Positions 35,719 through 47,947 of a DNA stretch of 64,000 bases are shown here, one piece after another. The stretch spans positions 124,001 through 188,000 of the forward strand of contig MU004190.1 in the NCBI GenBank assembly GCA_010093605.1. The letters run 5' to 3'. This DNA is from Lophium mytilinum (taxonomy: Eukaryota). The notes beneath the pieces were generated by a model. It did no database searches. It was given only the letters and a program-made list of their open reading frames with translations, and was not told the DNA's origin. A program made the translations under genes and the position numbers. Every line of letters starts with the position of its first letter. Within the stretch, counting starts at the first letter, position 1.

Positions 35719-37329
35719 GATTCCGGTTTAACGAAAGATCCAGAATCACACAAGAGAGTTAGGTGGAGAGCGAGCTGAGGGAAGAAGAATCTGGAAAGAG
35801 AACTGAGCTGATTTATGCCCGAAAGCATCTTGGCAAGACCACAGGAAGAAAAGCCTTGGGGCTGGATCAGGAGAGATCCAGGGAGCTTGTATTGATCACT
35901 CTTGGCATGCTGTATTCCTGCAGTCCAATAGTGTTGAAGCCTGATAGGACGAAGTGGAAGGTGGCGTCAAGAACTTCCTGATGGATCAAGATCCTCGATG
36001 TATACTGAATCCAGACATCTGAGTACATATAGACGCACCATACTGCCAAAAGAATATACACACTTGTAGTGAAGCCATAATATACATTATCGCAGTGTGT
36101 CCCTAGTAAAGAGGCCTTCGTAATGCACCTACACTGCTGGCTACAAGTCTTCCCATGAATTTGGCTTGAGGGTTCCAATGGCGGCTATATCCACTTGGCA
36201 GGTCGATTTCGGCAAGCCTCTCGTGTTCTTCCTCGCCGACTAAGGCAACTGCATGCTCAGCTGCACTTGTGGCTTTCCGGTGAAGAGCTTCGCCTCCACA
36301 TCTGCTAGCTTCTTTTGGCAGCCGTTGGCTTTCATGCTGCAGATGAGGTAATTTAGTGAGGTCAAGCGGATGCGGAGCAATAAGGCTGACGGTTCTATCG
36401 CTCCGCAGGTACACCCGTCAGGGGTGGGGGGTATGTGGTGGACTTTGTTCGCGATGGGGCTTTAACCATCGAGCGAATCATTATTCTCGCATTAGGCGCT
36501 TGTGATCTAGCAAGCGAACCTCGGGACTTTCCGCAATTTCTCTTATACGAGTGGGTGTGCAGCTGAGGAAGAAGCTGAGGTTGGAGCTGACCTAGCCGCT
36601 TCGCCGAGCGATTCGTGGCGATGCGCCACATCTCCCACAGCCCCAGAACAGCGCGCTATCCCCTAACACCCCCTGCAATTCCCCCAGATTCTTCTACGAA
36701 GCGCTTGAGAGATGCAACCAGGGTCTTATTTTGGCGTGTTCCATCTTTTGTGAAAGGCTAGGCCCTGAGTTCGGTGGCTACAGGTCTCAAGCTGTACCAA
36801 TTAAAGACTTCATTTTATGCCCTTTCATCTTCAACCAGCCTTACCACAGTCAGTTCGGCAGCTATCATCATGATTATCGATGTATTGGGACTGCAAACTC
36901 TTTCTCTACAGTCACTCACGTCTTGCCACCAGCTGAACAACGTGTTATGGTGCGAGATATTTTACAACCTGAAACTTTTCCAGGAAGCTCTACATCAGCC
37001 CACCGGCCCACGAGGCTCTTAACATAACACCCCATAAAACTTCAAGAGATGTAAACCTCTCTGCAGACTAATAGATCAGTTGAAGAATTTGAACGCGCAA
37101 AGTTTTCGATATCCGCTTACTGTTGGCCAACCTTCGACGCTAGAAGGGTATACAAATCCCTTTGCGTTCCCAATCGCCTCATACCTGGAATACGTTCATC
37201 ATCTCTACATCATACAACCTAAAGAGCGATAGCTTTCTCAATTCCTCTCAACTCCAGGGGAACAACCGTCCGAAACAAATGTTCTGATACTTGATAGTAG
37301 AAGTATTTGCTCGATTGCAACGTTAGAGC

Positions 37330-37701
37330 TTGCTTCTCGAACAACAATGCAACGAAGGCAGAAGCGCTAGGGTGCGGACCGAAACTTTAGAAGACGGATG
37401 GGCAATCTTGCACGACAGACGGCTTTACATGACGAACACGTACAAGAGCCTCGAGAGGTTTGCGGCACCAAACTCGCCACGGACTAAAGGCCTATTACGG
37501 GATTACCAAACACTCATATTATAGATTCAGCTTGTTCAAGCAGATCTACGAGATTACTTGAATCGCCACGTTGGGATGCCGGCACTGGAGAACAGCAGAA
37601 AAAGCAGTGGACCGGTGGTGAACATGGACAGGCTCACTAAGCTAGCGTTCGTCTTTATTTCTATTACTTTCGTCACTTCGAATCTTCTAGCTTACCCCTA
37701 G
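37330..37701 (+). pseudogene. CorA-like membrane protein C-terminal relic
   Basis: Reading through TAG 37522-37524 gives DYQTLIL*IQLVQADLRDYLNRHVGMPALENSRKS...RLTKLAFVFISITFVTS, resembling the fungal CorA-like stalk/TM1. The GMN motif and TM2 are absent. Confidence 0.55.
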
Positions 37702-39184
37702 TTCGCGTTAATTAGTGTTGATTAAACAAGACGAGGTGGAGCTGCCTCGAGGGATCCAGTTCACCGTAGCCAGCACTATTACCGCTCCAACTCGCCCAAC
37801 TGTAACTTAAGTCGCTCAGAGAATCGGGCGCGACACCTTTCCACAAAAGAGAGTGAAGCAAGTCCTCGTAACGAATAAATGACGCAGGCACAATTCAAGA
37901 GGCCGAGGGGGTAGCAGAAGAGAGCCCTCGCCAACGATCCCAATGGAAGACAATCCAAGTGACATTCTTCATGAAGAAGAAGAGGGTTGCTTGGGAGACC
38001 CGGCAGCCTGGCCACACCCCTCTCAGGGAAGCGGGCAAGCCCGCTGGAAACCATGGATACGGATTGCAGTAAGGCGAGTGCCGGTGCACTGGATACAAGA
38101 GAAGGATTCAATCGGCCTCTACGGGAATACAGAGAGCTGGTAGGTTGATAAGACAGTCACAAAGCAGCTTACCTAAAAGGTCCACGTGAAAAGGGAACAG
38201 ATACAGAAAATTGGCGCTCGGATTTCAGTTCGGTGACGCCGTCGGATCATATTTCGTATGGAGCCCAAGCAGGTTGTGTGCTTGCCAGGGTTGAATAGGA
38301 GGAAGAGAACTACTGGAGAGCTTTTAAGGATTTCAAGCTTCGCGTGTTACTGGCTTAGCAATTCAAATACATGTCAATGTACGTACATAGTTTTTTGGTT
38401 TCCTAGCTACCACCTATAGGGAACCTTTGTTTGTCGGGAGGTCTACCAATCTGACTGGACCATACAATTTCGAAGGTTGGTCTAGAGCCTAGAATCCACG
38501 AACTAGAACATCTGTACCAAGGTTACCTAGAGGCCAAGGCACATACTATTTATCCACCTGCCGAATATAGCTATCATGCCAAGTAAAGCGGCGAACAAGA
38601 AGTCCTAGCGAGAGATAAGCATCCGAGTCCCGGGATACAAATCCCGCGTCACCCTGCTGGTTCCAGCGTAGCGGGACCGCTTTAGTGGAGTTGCAGCTTC
38701 GGCATCTCCATCTTTGAATCCCTACACCACGCGCCCACGGCACCGTCGAGGAACCACGCGGGGAGCATGCACCGATCTGGCGGCTCTGACGACATCGAGA
38801 TCTAAACCACGCCCTTATCTTCGGGGGAATCAGTGATGGACCTGCTTGTCGGCCGGAGCCGCCATGCGCGATGATGGAATGCGCTACGATTCGTGTTGTA
38901 CGTGCAGCCTTGGAGCTGCATACAGCTTCGATTGCGAGTGGGGAGAGAGCCGCTACTGGCCAGGTACGACGATGAGGGGGGCACCGTGTCGATGGTCTAA
39001 CGCGGGATTCCGCGTTGTTGGTGCGAAGACAGGTACAGAGTCGCCGGGGGGAGCTGTCATGTATTTACTCGTGTCCTCCTCGTTTTCTCTTCTGCGCTCC
39101 CATAGACTCTCGTCTCCTCGTTTTGAGCTTCTCTAGTTGTGCCTTGCTTTAGTCGTTCAATTGAGCTCTCTCTCGTCTCTCACG

Positions 39185-40487
39185 ATGCGGACATCCTTCG
39201 TTCTCCCCGCCCTCGTGGCATTGCTTTCGTCGTCCGCTGTCTCCTCCACTCCACTCGTATCACGCGATGCCGTAAAGTCGGTAGAAGCTCGCAAGGAGGA
39301 GTGCAAAATCGCCCCAAAGGTCTTCATCATCAGCATGTTTCCGCCCGAAGCTAAGGTTTGGTGGGGGATTCCAGAGTTTGACCTCCTGGCCAAGAACGTG
39401 ACAGTCCATGGCTTCTCGCCGCTGTTCCAGGAAGCCCATTGCACAGCTAATGGCGAGATCTGCCAGCTGATCACCGGAGAAAGCGGTGCGTTGATACGCG
39501 ACTAAAATGAGTCAAGATTGCGAGCTTCCATGCTGACACAGCTTAGAGATCAACGCCGCCGTGACGATCTCCTCCCTCGTCGCTTCCCCCACATTCGACC
39601 TCAAGAGCACCTACTTCATGGTCGCCGGCATTGCTGGTGTGAACCCTAAAGTCGCGACTCTCGGCTCTGTTACTTTTGCCCGCTACGCCGTGCAGGTAGC
39701 TCTCCAGTATGAATTCGACACGCGCGAGATCCCAGACAACTTCACCACGGGATATGTCCCGCAAGGCAGCACAACCCCAGACGAGTACCCGCAGTCCATC
39801 TACGGCACCGAAGTTTTCGAAGTCAACGCAGACCTCCGCTCTCTCGCCGTTGGCTTCGCTAGCACCGCCAAGCTGAACGACAGCGCAAACGCAGTCGCAT
39901 ATCGCGCCAACTACCTCAGCACACCTTACTATGCAGCTGGTGCAGCAGCCCCGAGCGTGGTTGAGTGCGATGTCGCGACCTCAGATGTCTACTACAGCGG
40001 TACCCTCCTCTCTGAGGGCTTCGAGAACTTCACGACTCTAGTGACTAACGGCTCCGGCATCTACTGCACCACTGCGCAAGAGGACAACGCGACGCTCGAA
40101 GCACTCCTTCGCGGTGCCGTCTCTGGCCTCGTGGACTTTGCGCGTATTATTGTTATGCGCACGGCATCTGACATGGACCGGCCCTATGCTGGAGAAGCGG
40201 CTACTACGAACCTCTTCTGGGCCGAGCAGGGTGGCTTCGAGCCCGCGATCCAGAACATCTACCTCGCTGGCGTGAAGGTGGTTGAGGGCATTATCGGCGG
40301 GTGGCACGACAAGTTTGCGAAAGGCATAAACGCGACGAACTATATCGGGGATATCTTTGGGACGCTAGGTGGCGCACCGGACTTCGGCCCGGGCAGCGAG
40401 TTCAATGATAATCCGGTCAAGAGGAGCTTGAAGGCGCGAGGGATGGGGAAGAGGGGCGCGGCTATGTTGCATGAGAAGAGACTATAG
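39185..40487 (+). CDS. Purine nucleoside permease (NUP family), 2 exons
   Basis: Signal peptide, PKVFIISMFPPE. Intron 39486-39546 gives TGESEINAA; TYFMVAGIAG, LQYEFD.RE, TAQEDNATLE, RTASD.DRP. Confidence 0.9.
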
Positions 40488-41166
40488 TTTGCGTTGCGGG
40501 TATGGAGGTTTCACGGATATGAAACTGTACGATGATACGAAAATGAAAGTTTCGATATGGATGCTTGCAAGCGTTTGCCATGTGCTGAGACATTGAAAAT
40601 AATTGACAGAGCTAAATGAAGCGCTAAATGTGCACATCTCAAACCTACGGATGGGGAGGCTGACTTGATGAGGGTTGAGATTTACGTCAGATCAGGAACT
40701 TTAATAATTAGTGAAGTATCACAAGGATTGCAAGTTATACAATGGTGCGAAAGTTAAGTTTTTGGGGCACGGGGTAGAAACTAGACCTTTGTCTTTCAGC
40801 CCTGCGTATAGTGAAAAGCTTCATACAGCATAAGATGAGCAGCGCGGAAACTTTTTGTCAGACCTGTAAGAATTTCACGATTTGCAGTAAAATCCAGAGA
40901 GTATTGGAACACTCCATTCACCGTTATGTGATGTAGCAAGGTTATATCACGTGCGATCGCGGATAATCGGTGATTGGCCGGATTTTGTGGAGGTTTTTCT
41001 TAGCGCGGCGCCTCCCGCTATGTTTACATTTTGGCGGGCGTTGTTGATGCTGCTTTCCTCAACACCACACTACCCACCACATCCACCATCGACACCCATC
41101 GCCACTTCCACTGCAGCGTTCGACTAACTCCATCTCCGATCCCCGCGTGCGCACACGCCCAGCAAA

Positions 41167-44100
41167 ATGAGTTCCTCCCGCAAGGGACAGGCGATTCGCC
41201 AGCTCTCGAGAGACGCGACGCAATCCACCGTGTCGTCGGCGTCGCTGAGCTTCAGTGACATTGAGAACGAGGCATTGATGTCGACACGCCCCTTCGATGA
41301 CGAGATCCTCGGAGAGTTGCCCAGCCAGCGTGACGAGACTCGCGACAATACAATTGGGAGTGATACGCGCAATTCACAACCCACTTTTCCTCACATCCGA
41401 TCAACCGCCAAAAAGTACGGCCGCTGGCAAAACCTCGCTCCCGAGCCCCGAATCACTAGCTCCGTAGTCCGCAACGAGTTCAAGGACTTCGACCAGGACA
41501 GTGAATTCGACCGAGGCACCGAGGACAGCAATTTCACCGATAACAGCATCTCCATTGAGCGGAACCGAGGAGTCAAGCGTGGCTCCCACAACACCCCCCA
41601 ACACCTCAACTCCTCCTTCGTAATGTCTCCAGTACCGCTCCGCGACAGCCTGTACGATGTCACTCCCCCAGCGAAACGCGCCTCGAGGAAGACGCCACAA
41701 CAATCTCCTCTAGCTGAGCCCAGCAGTCTACGACGCGACAGCCAGATGAGACGCGTTTCTGGATCACCAGCAGCCTCTGCTCCGCCAGCTGCACCTGGTC
41801 TCGCCAAAGGGCTCCGCAAAACCACCCTCTCACAGATGCACGCTATGGTCACTGACGACGAGTCTGCAATTGATGACCAGCCGCCCACCGTCACGCTCAC
41901 CAAGACCGCTCGATTTGGCACCGCGTCTCGCCGCCAAGAGCCGACACAAGAGCAAAACACGCATGCTCGCAAGTCCCAGCAAGCATTCAACAACACTCCA
42001 CGAAGTGTTCACTCTACGGCCCAGTCCTTCATGCTCCCAGACCTTCCAAACCTTACCGAGCTGGTTTCCGGCGTCTTCCAAGACGGCACTCCAGTTTTCA
42101 ACCGCACCTCGCGTCCTCGCTCCCACTTTTTCCGACTCCCTACATCCCCAACTCAGCAAGGCCACAATCCAATTGACAGCGTTCCGATTCCCCAAGAGGA
42201 AAAGGCGATCTTTGCGTCTCTGCAGCTTCTTCAGGAGAAGGTAGCTCAGCTAGAACGCGAAAAAGATGAAGCGGAAAAGAGGATGGAGGAACAGGACATC
42301 GAGATTGTCGAACTCAGGGCTGCACATGATGCCCAGGAGCGGGATAGGCGGCCAGACAGCGGCTTAGGATCCACAGACGGCGAGGCGGCTAGTGACAGAC
42401 GTGGCTGGAAAGTCGAGAAGACTAGTAAGTTTTCCAGATTGTTCTTTGTTGGAGTCGAAACATTGCTAACCAAGCATTCAGAACTTGAAACCTCCCTGAA
42501 CACCCTCCGAGTCAAGATTGACAGTGCCGAGCGCAAGGCTTCGAACGCGGAAATAAGCATGAAGCGAGCTACTTCGGAGAGAAACAACGCGGTCACCCAA
42601 TTGCAAGTTGCCTTTATCACCACCGAACAAGTCAAGGCGGAAAAGGAGATTCTATTGGTTGAGAACGAGGATCTTCGCAACGAGGTGGATGAACTGCGCG
42701 CAGAGAACGCGGAACTTCGAGACCGCTTGGGCGAGGTCGACGAGGTTCACACGCAGAACGAGCATCTGCGGCAGCAGCTTGCCGATGAGACAACGAGACG
42801 CCCACAAGAGCGACAGGCTAAGAAGGATGCGGAACGACAGACCAAACGTGAGCAAGAGCGCCATGCCAGACGCGAAGAGAAGCTGGAGGCACAGCGCCAG
42901 GCCAAGCTCGAAGCAGAGCGACAGGTTCAACAAGAGGGGGAGCAACGAGCTCAGCAAGAAGCAGAGCGGCAGGCCCAGGAAGAGCAGCGACGTGCTCAGG
43001 AAGATGAGCGACGTGCTAGACGCGAAGAGGAACGACAGGCCAGACGCGAGGAGCGACAGTCCAGAGAGAGACGCGAGAAGAACACGCAAACACGCATCGC
43101 TGATAGGGTCCAAGAGGAACTCCGCAACAGCAAACTCATGGCTGCAGCTCAGCCGGCTGTTCAGCAGCCCTCTGTTCAGCAGGCACAGCCTCGATTCAGT
43201 CGCTATGCCAGCGCTCAATTCCACTCTGATGCTCAGCGAGTCTCGCTGCCCGCTGCTCCTATCAGGAGTGTTTCGAATCCCGATCCTACCGGTTCAAGGC
43301 GTGGCCTTTACCAGAGCGAAAAGCCCGAGTCCACTACCGATCTTTCTCTTACCAACATGCAGACACCTCGCATGATGTCTGGCGGCAGGAACGGTATGCA
43401 GGAAGCCAAGCCGGTTGAAGCTCCGTCCTTTGATCTTACCGAGCTCAGCTTCATCAACCCCGATGACATTGCCCAGCTCAGGCAGAAGCTAGAGCAAGAA
43501 CGAGCGGCTGCCCGAAAGATGCGAGCGTCGGCTCAGACGGCGCCGGCCCCGACAGCTCGGGAGGACACTGCGCGATCGATGGCATCGGCCAAGTCAGTGC
43601 GACCCCAATCTTCCCACGGCATGCCGACGAAGGATGTCACCGCTCAGAGCAACTTTACGACTCAGACCGAGCACATTGTCGAGCACACCGGCAACTTCAC
43701 TTCTCACTCTAACCGAAGCGTCAATACTCAAGCTCAACAGCCAGATGAGTCTGTTCTGAGCAACTCGAGTCGGCGTCGTCGCAGCGCCCCGGTCGAGGAG
43801 ACGTCCGGCTTCATCGTCCCTGACATCACCATGGGAGGTCGAAAGCAGCCTACCATCACTCTAGGCAAGATCAGGCTCCCATCGCATGACAACAAGAACT
43901 GCACCGTCTGTGCCCGCGAGTCTCAACAAGCCGGAGACTCCGTCGCCATCCCGTATCCAATTCCTGTCTCGTCTCGCACCGTAGATGACGTCGACGCCAC
44001 TCTGCGACCGAGCCAATCTCCCAAGAACGCTCTCGCCAAAGTCATCAAAGAGCTTCAGGATGAACTCTCTCACCTCCACCTAGAGCTCGCAGCCCACGAA

Positions 44101-44478
44101 GCTCTTCTCCGCGCACACGACAGCTCTCTCGGGCGCCGCAAGCGCAAGTCCATTCAAGAGGCAATGGAAGACTTACTCCGATTGATCGACATCAAGGGCG
44201 ATCAAATCTACGACCTCTACGATGTCGTCGAAGGCCAGAAGGCGGACGACATGACGGAGCAGGAGATCGAGGACACGCTCCGCAGCATCACCGAGGCTGC
44301 CACGAGCAAGGCAGCTACGAAGAAGGTTGTGGTCGAGAGCCACCACAGCGACAGCGAAAGCGACGACGAGAGCCTGCTCCGCATCGACGACGACGACGAA
44401 GAGTTGCCGTTCGAGGGCTTCTCGGACACGGAGAGCCTCCCTATCTTCGGGAAGGCCGGACGCCTCGGCGTCTTCTAA
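41167..44478 (+). CDS. Spindle pole body coiled-coil protein, Ppc89/Cep57-like
   Basis: QSFMLPDLPNLTELVSG, PIP.EEKAIFASLQLLQEKV..LE, long coiled coil, HD.KNCTVC, DATLRPSQSP..ALAKVIKELQDEL.HL...IDIKGDQIY.LYDV.E. Probable in-frame intron 42425-42481. Confidence 0.8.
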   Translation: MSSSRKGQAIRQLSRDATQSTVSSASLSFSDIENEALMSTRPFDDEILGELPSQRDETRDNTIGSDTRNSQPTFPHIRSTAKKYGRWQNLAPEPRITSSVVRNEFKDFDQDSEFDRGTEDSNFTDNSISIERNRGVKRGSHNTPQHLNSSFVMSPVPLRDSLYDVTPPAKRASRKTPQQSPLAEPSSLRRDSQMRRVSGSPAASAPPAAPGLAKGLRKTTLSQMHAMVTDDESAIDDQPPTVTLTKTARFGTASRRQEPTQEQNTHARKSQQAFNNTPRSVHSTAQSFMLPDLPNLTELVSGVFQDGTPVFNRTSRPRSHFFRLPTSPTQQGHNPIDSVPIPQEEKAIFASLQLLQEKVAQLEREKDEAEKRMEEQDIEIVELRAAHDAQERDRRPDSGLGSTDGEAASDRRGWKVEKTSKFSRLFFVGVETLLTKHSELETSLNTLRVKIDSAERKASNAEISMKRATSERNNAVTQLQVAFITTEQVKAEKEILLVENEDLRNEVDELRAENAELRDRLGEVDEVHTQNEHLRQQLADETTRRPQERQAKKDAERQTKREQERHARREEKLEAQRQAKLEAERQVQQEGEQRAQQEAERQAQEEQRRAQEDERRARREEERQARREERQSRERREKNTQTRIADRVQEELRNSKLMAAAQPAVQQPSVQQAQPRFSRYASAQFHSDAQRVSLPAAPIRSVSNPDPTGSRRGLYQSEKPESTTDLSLTNMQTPRMMSGGRNGMQEAKPVEAPSFDLTELSFINPDDIAQLRQKLEQERAAARKMRASAQTAPAPTAREDTARSMASAKSVRPQSSHGMPTKDVTAQSNFTTQTEHIVEHTGNFTSHSNRSVNTQAQQPDESVLSNSSRRRRSAPVEETSGFIVPDITMGGRKQPTITLGKIRLPSHDNKNCTVCARESQQAGDSVAIPYPIPVSSRTVDDVDATLRPSQSPKNALAKVIKELQDELSHLHLELAAHEALLRAHDSSLGRRKRKSIQEAMEDLLRLIDIKGDQIYDLYDVVEGQKADDMTEQEIEDTLRSITEAATSKAATKKVVVESHHSDSESDDESLLRIDDDDEELPFEGFSDTESLPIFGKAGRLGVF

Positions 44479-45209
44479 TTACCAAAAGTTTTGCACGAAT
44501 CGTTACGCGTTATGGGCAGCGCGGCGTGAGGCGGATTGACACGGCTTGGTGTTTCTGGTTCTTCTTTTTAGCGGTTTGGGTATGATACCGGGATGATGCA
44601 TTGAGTTTGGGCGTTTTTGTGCATTTTCAGGGGCGAAGAGGGGTCCCCTTTGGGTGGTTTCTTGGGCGGGGGTTTTGTGGGTCTTGGGTCTTTTTCTTCT
44701 TTTTCTTCTTCTTCTTACAACCATCCAATCTGCGCCCTCTTGGGCTTGAACCTTTGACTTCCCCTTCGGGGTTGAAGTTGGGTTCGCCGCCAAGGGCGCA
44801 GATTGGATGGGTTTTGTAACGGGGTTTCCTTATAGGGTAGCGGGGGAGGAGCGCTCCCATTAGTTTAGAGTAGTGGCAATCAGGGTTCGATAATATTTCA
44901 GTTTGAACGCTTTGTGGTGTTGTGATGTATCGTGAGGTTGAGTTGGGGGGGTTGGCAGTTGGTTGGCGCCGTCTGAGGGACCCTGGCACTGGGGTAGGAG
45001 TTGGGAGTGGATGTAAAGTATTCGAGGGTGTGGATTAGGTATGGGTGTTTTGAGGGGTTTGTGGTGTAGTGAGGGCCGCCAGAGGGCGGGATATAGCTGT
45101 GCGGGTCTCACTCGTTGGAGGCTTTCTACGTCACGCGGATACCACTGCATGAGGTGGCTCTACCCCCCCAGCTAGCTGCCCAAACCCTCCCCTTTCCTGT
45201 CTCTTTTTA

Positions 45210-45839
45210 CTACTTTTCCCTTAACACACTGGAGTCATCCATGATTCCATCTTCCGTAATCTCTACCTCACCCTCAACAATAGATATGTTGCGATCGTGG
45301 ACCCAGGTGATTAGAGCACTGGCGGATCTGATACGCAAACGGATAGATTTCCACCCTTCCACTTCAACTGACCCATCTAACCCTTCGTACATATCAGGAT
45401 CTTCTTCCTCTTCCCGCCGCTCCCAGAATTCCAGGGCATAGAACGCAACCGTATGATCTTCCAGGGTTCGTTCGTCCATTACCACGAAGCAAGAGACATC
45501 AATCTGAGCGTCGTATCCTGGGAGAAAGTGTTTCTCGTCGAAGCTAACCAGATCTTCAAATGATGCGCCGATGAAACCGCTGGTGAAGGGTTCGACTGGC
45601 GGTACAGTGGGTATGTCGAAGGTGGACTGGGCGAGCGGATGAGGGTCCATAGGGGGAGGTTTTGCTCGGGGTCTGCGGTTAGGAACTCGTTGACTAGCTG
45701 GAAGTTGTTGTCGGCTTGCACGAACTGAGGCTTTGGGGACTAGGACATGTGAAGTGGGGAGGCGCACGTCGATTGGGATATCTGCCGTGCAGAACACGGG
45801 AAATAGATCATACTCAGGCTCCGATGTGGCCTCTGCCAT
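45210..45839 (-). CDS. Hypothetical acidic protein; splicing/frame ambiguous (possible frameshift)
   Basis: ATG at 45839, LFPVFCTADIPID, donor at 45767; C-terminal FVVMDERT...WKSIRL segment. Confidence 0.5.
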   Translation of the reverse strand: MAEATSEPEYDLFPVFCTADIPIDVRLPTSHVLVPKASVRASRQQLPASQRVPNRRPRAKPPPMDPHPLAQSTFDIPTVPPVEPFTSGFIGASFEDLVSFDEKHFLPGYDAQIDVSCFVVMDERTLEDHTVAFYALEFWERREEEEDPDMYEGLDGSVEVEGWKSIRLRIRSASALITWVHDRNISIVEGEVEITEDGIMDDSSVLREK

Positions 45840-46578
45840 TTCGAAGAAAGACACAAATGCAAGTGGTGGTAAGATGGGTTTAGGTAAACGCATAAAGCAC
45901 ATATGACGGCATCTTTGGATGGTTTGTGGATGTGGCTGACCTGTTGCTGTGCCGCATGCGCCGTATTCGCTTTAGCGCCTGTCACTTTAATGTGGTTGGA
46001 TCTTTCGGCTTATAGCTCTGTTTACTTCTCTTTCTTCTCTTTTCACGTGTAGAATGGCACACAGGTACAGCAATCTTAGCCCAGCGGGTCTCCCTTTCGC
46101 TGCTCTCGAGCTAGAATATGGCGAACTATAACCTACCACCGGCGTCGACTGGCATCAAAGCAGTATTGGGACCGATTGAGCCTTTTATACGACGGGCTTC
46201 TCCCCTGATCTAGACATTGGCCCATACGCTAGGCTCTATCAAGCGTCCCATGTCCTCGGACGCATGCTCAATCAACGAGATTGCAGGAAAGACAGTTCAA
46301 GCCGAGAATACGCTGAGTCAGAAGTCTATGCAAACTGGTTCGGCGCTACCTGGGCAAGCCCTATGAGCTTTTAAAAGTCTTAACGTGGCACACAATCTGA
46401 TGGAGCAAATTTTTTAAAGGCCTCTTCATTCAGCTGTCACTTGATAGCTAGGGCTACTTCTGGCCCTGCGTCTGGCAACCAGAAGTGGCAGCCGGGGATG
46501 TGATAGGTTCATATACCTCACGCTACGATGCAACATTATAGTTTCGGGCTGATTGTCTCTAGATCCAGAAATCAAACT

Positions 46579-47493
46579 CTACCATGGATGGATCCGATCG
46601 ATCGTCTCGTTGAAGAACTTCTCCGAATGTTCCTCCTTCGTAGCGTTGTCGATCTGTAGCGTCACGTCAGTGAGAACCAGAGCATACTCTGCATAGCACA
46701 AGACCTACAATGTGCGCAGTATTTCTACTACTCTCCTCCAAGGTCAGAGTAGCCTTGTCCAACCCAAAAGCTCGCGCACCGGCATTCCCCATATCCGTCT
46801 GCACCAGCCTGTCCCTCACGTCAGCTCCCATTCCCACATCCCAACCCACTCTCCAAAGCCGGCCAACTTACCCAGGATGAATACACAACGTAACCAGCCA
46901 CTCATTCTCCATCCCCATCTTCACCACCAACACGTTCGCCAGCGCCTTCGAACTCGCATAGCTCGCATTCGGATACGGATACTTCCCCATCTTGTTCAAA
47001 CTCCCGCCCGCCGCACTGATGAACACAAACCTCGCCGGCCTCCCCGCCTTTCTCAGCAGCGGCAACGCAGCTTTATACAACAGCATGACTGAGATCGCGT
47101 TGACCATTAGCACTTCCTCGTACTCCGCCAGCGGCATGTCTTCGATCGTGTTCAGCTTCGCGATTCCGGCGGCTGAGATCACGACGTCGATGTGGTTGAT
47201 TCCCTGGGCGCGGAGGGAGGTGATGGCGTCGTAGGCGTCGGTTTTGGAGGCGGAGTCGATTTTGACGAGGATGATGGTGGTGTTTTGGCCTTTGGGGAGT
47301 GTGAGGAGGTTTTGGGAACCTGGGACGTCGCGGACGGCGGCGATGAGGGTGTTGGAGGGCTGGGCGACGTAGTGGTTGAACATGCCGCGGCCGATGCCTG
47401 GGGGTGGTTTAGATGGGGTGGACGGGTGTAGGAGAGGAATAGGGGGGATGTACCGCGGTTAGCGCCTGTGATGAGGTAGGTCTTGCCGGGCAT
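46579..47493 (-). CDS. Short-chain dehydrogenase/reductase (Nor-1 ketoreductase-like), 4 exons
   Basis: Spliced: YLITGANRGIG, IAAVRD, IDVVISAAGI, YASSK, IHPGLVQTDMG, IDNATKEEHS.KF...PW*. Confidence 0.9.
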
Positions 47494-47759
47494 GGTGCTG
47501 GCTTTGAGGGGAGCTAGACTTTTAGAAATGGAGACCTGGGTATTGGAGAGCTTGAAGCACTGAATGGGCTCTAATAACAGAAGTAGTAGACCTGAAGTGC
47601 TATGTCAAGCTTGTAATCAAAACAGTGCAATGTTAGAAGTGCTTTGCTAGCCCCGTCTTGTTCATAAATCCAACAGCTGTTTAACGTTGAGCAGAACAAT
47701 TCTGATATCAGTAGCCAGATTCTTTCTCCTTTATATCCTGTTTAGCGTAGTCCTAAAGT

Positions 47760-47947
47760 TGCGGAGCAAGCTGCGGAGCACTTGCGGAGACAGGGGACGT
47801 GGCAGCTCTGCTGCATAATCAACATATAGGTACCTAGTCTGTAGACACCAACATTGAGATTATAGAGATAGCGCTATAGCCATCACCTGCGGTATACATT
47901 TGGAAAGCCGATAGCTTTGTGCATCAACATCACGTGACACTCACGTG
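47760..47947. promoter_or_regulatory. Triple TGCGGAG repeat plus two CACGTG boxes in a divergent intergenic region
   Basis: TGCGGAG at 47760, 47772 and 47783; TCACGTG at 47930 and 47941. Confidence 0.45.

Noticed and set aside
42425..42481. Odd hydrophobic insert in the Ppc89-like coiled coil
   Set aside because: An ordinary 57-nt in-frame intron (GTAAGT..GCTAAC..CAG).
44560..45120. G/T-rich, homopolymer-rich stretch with a Lys-run ORF
   Set aside because: Low-complexity 3' region or possibly low-quality consensus; no coding evidence.
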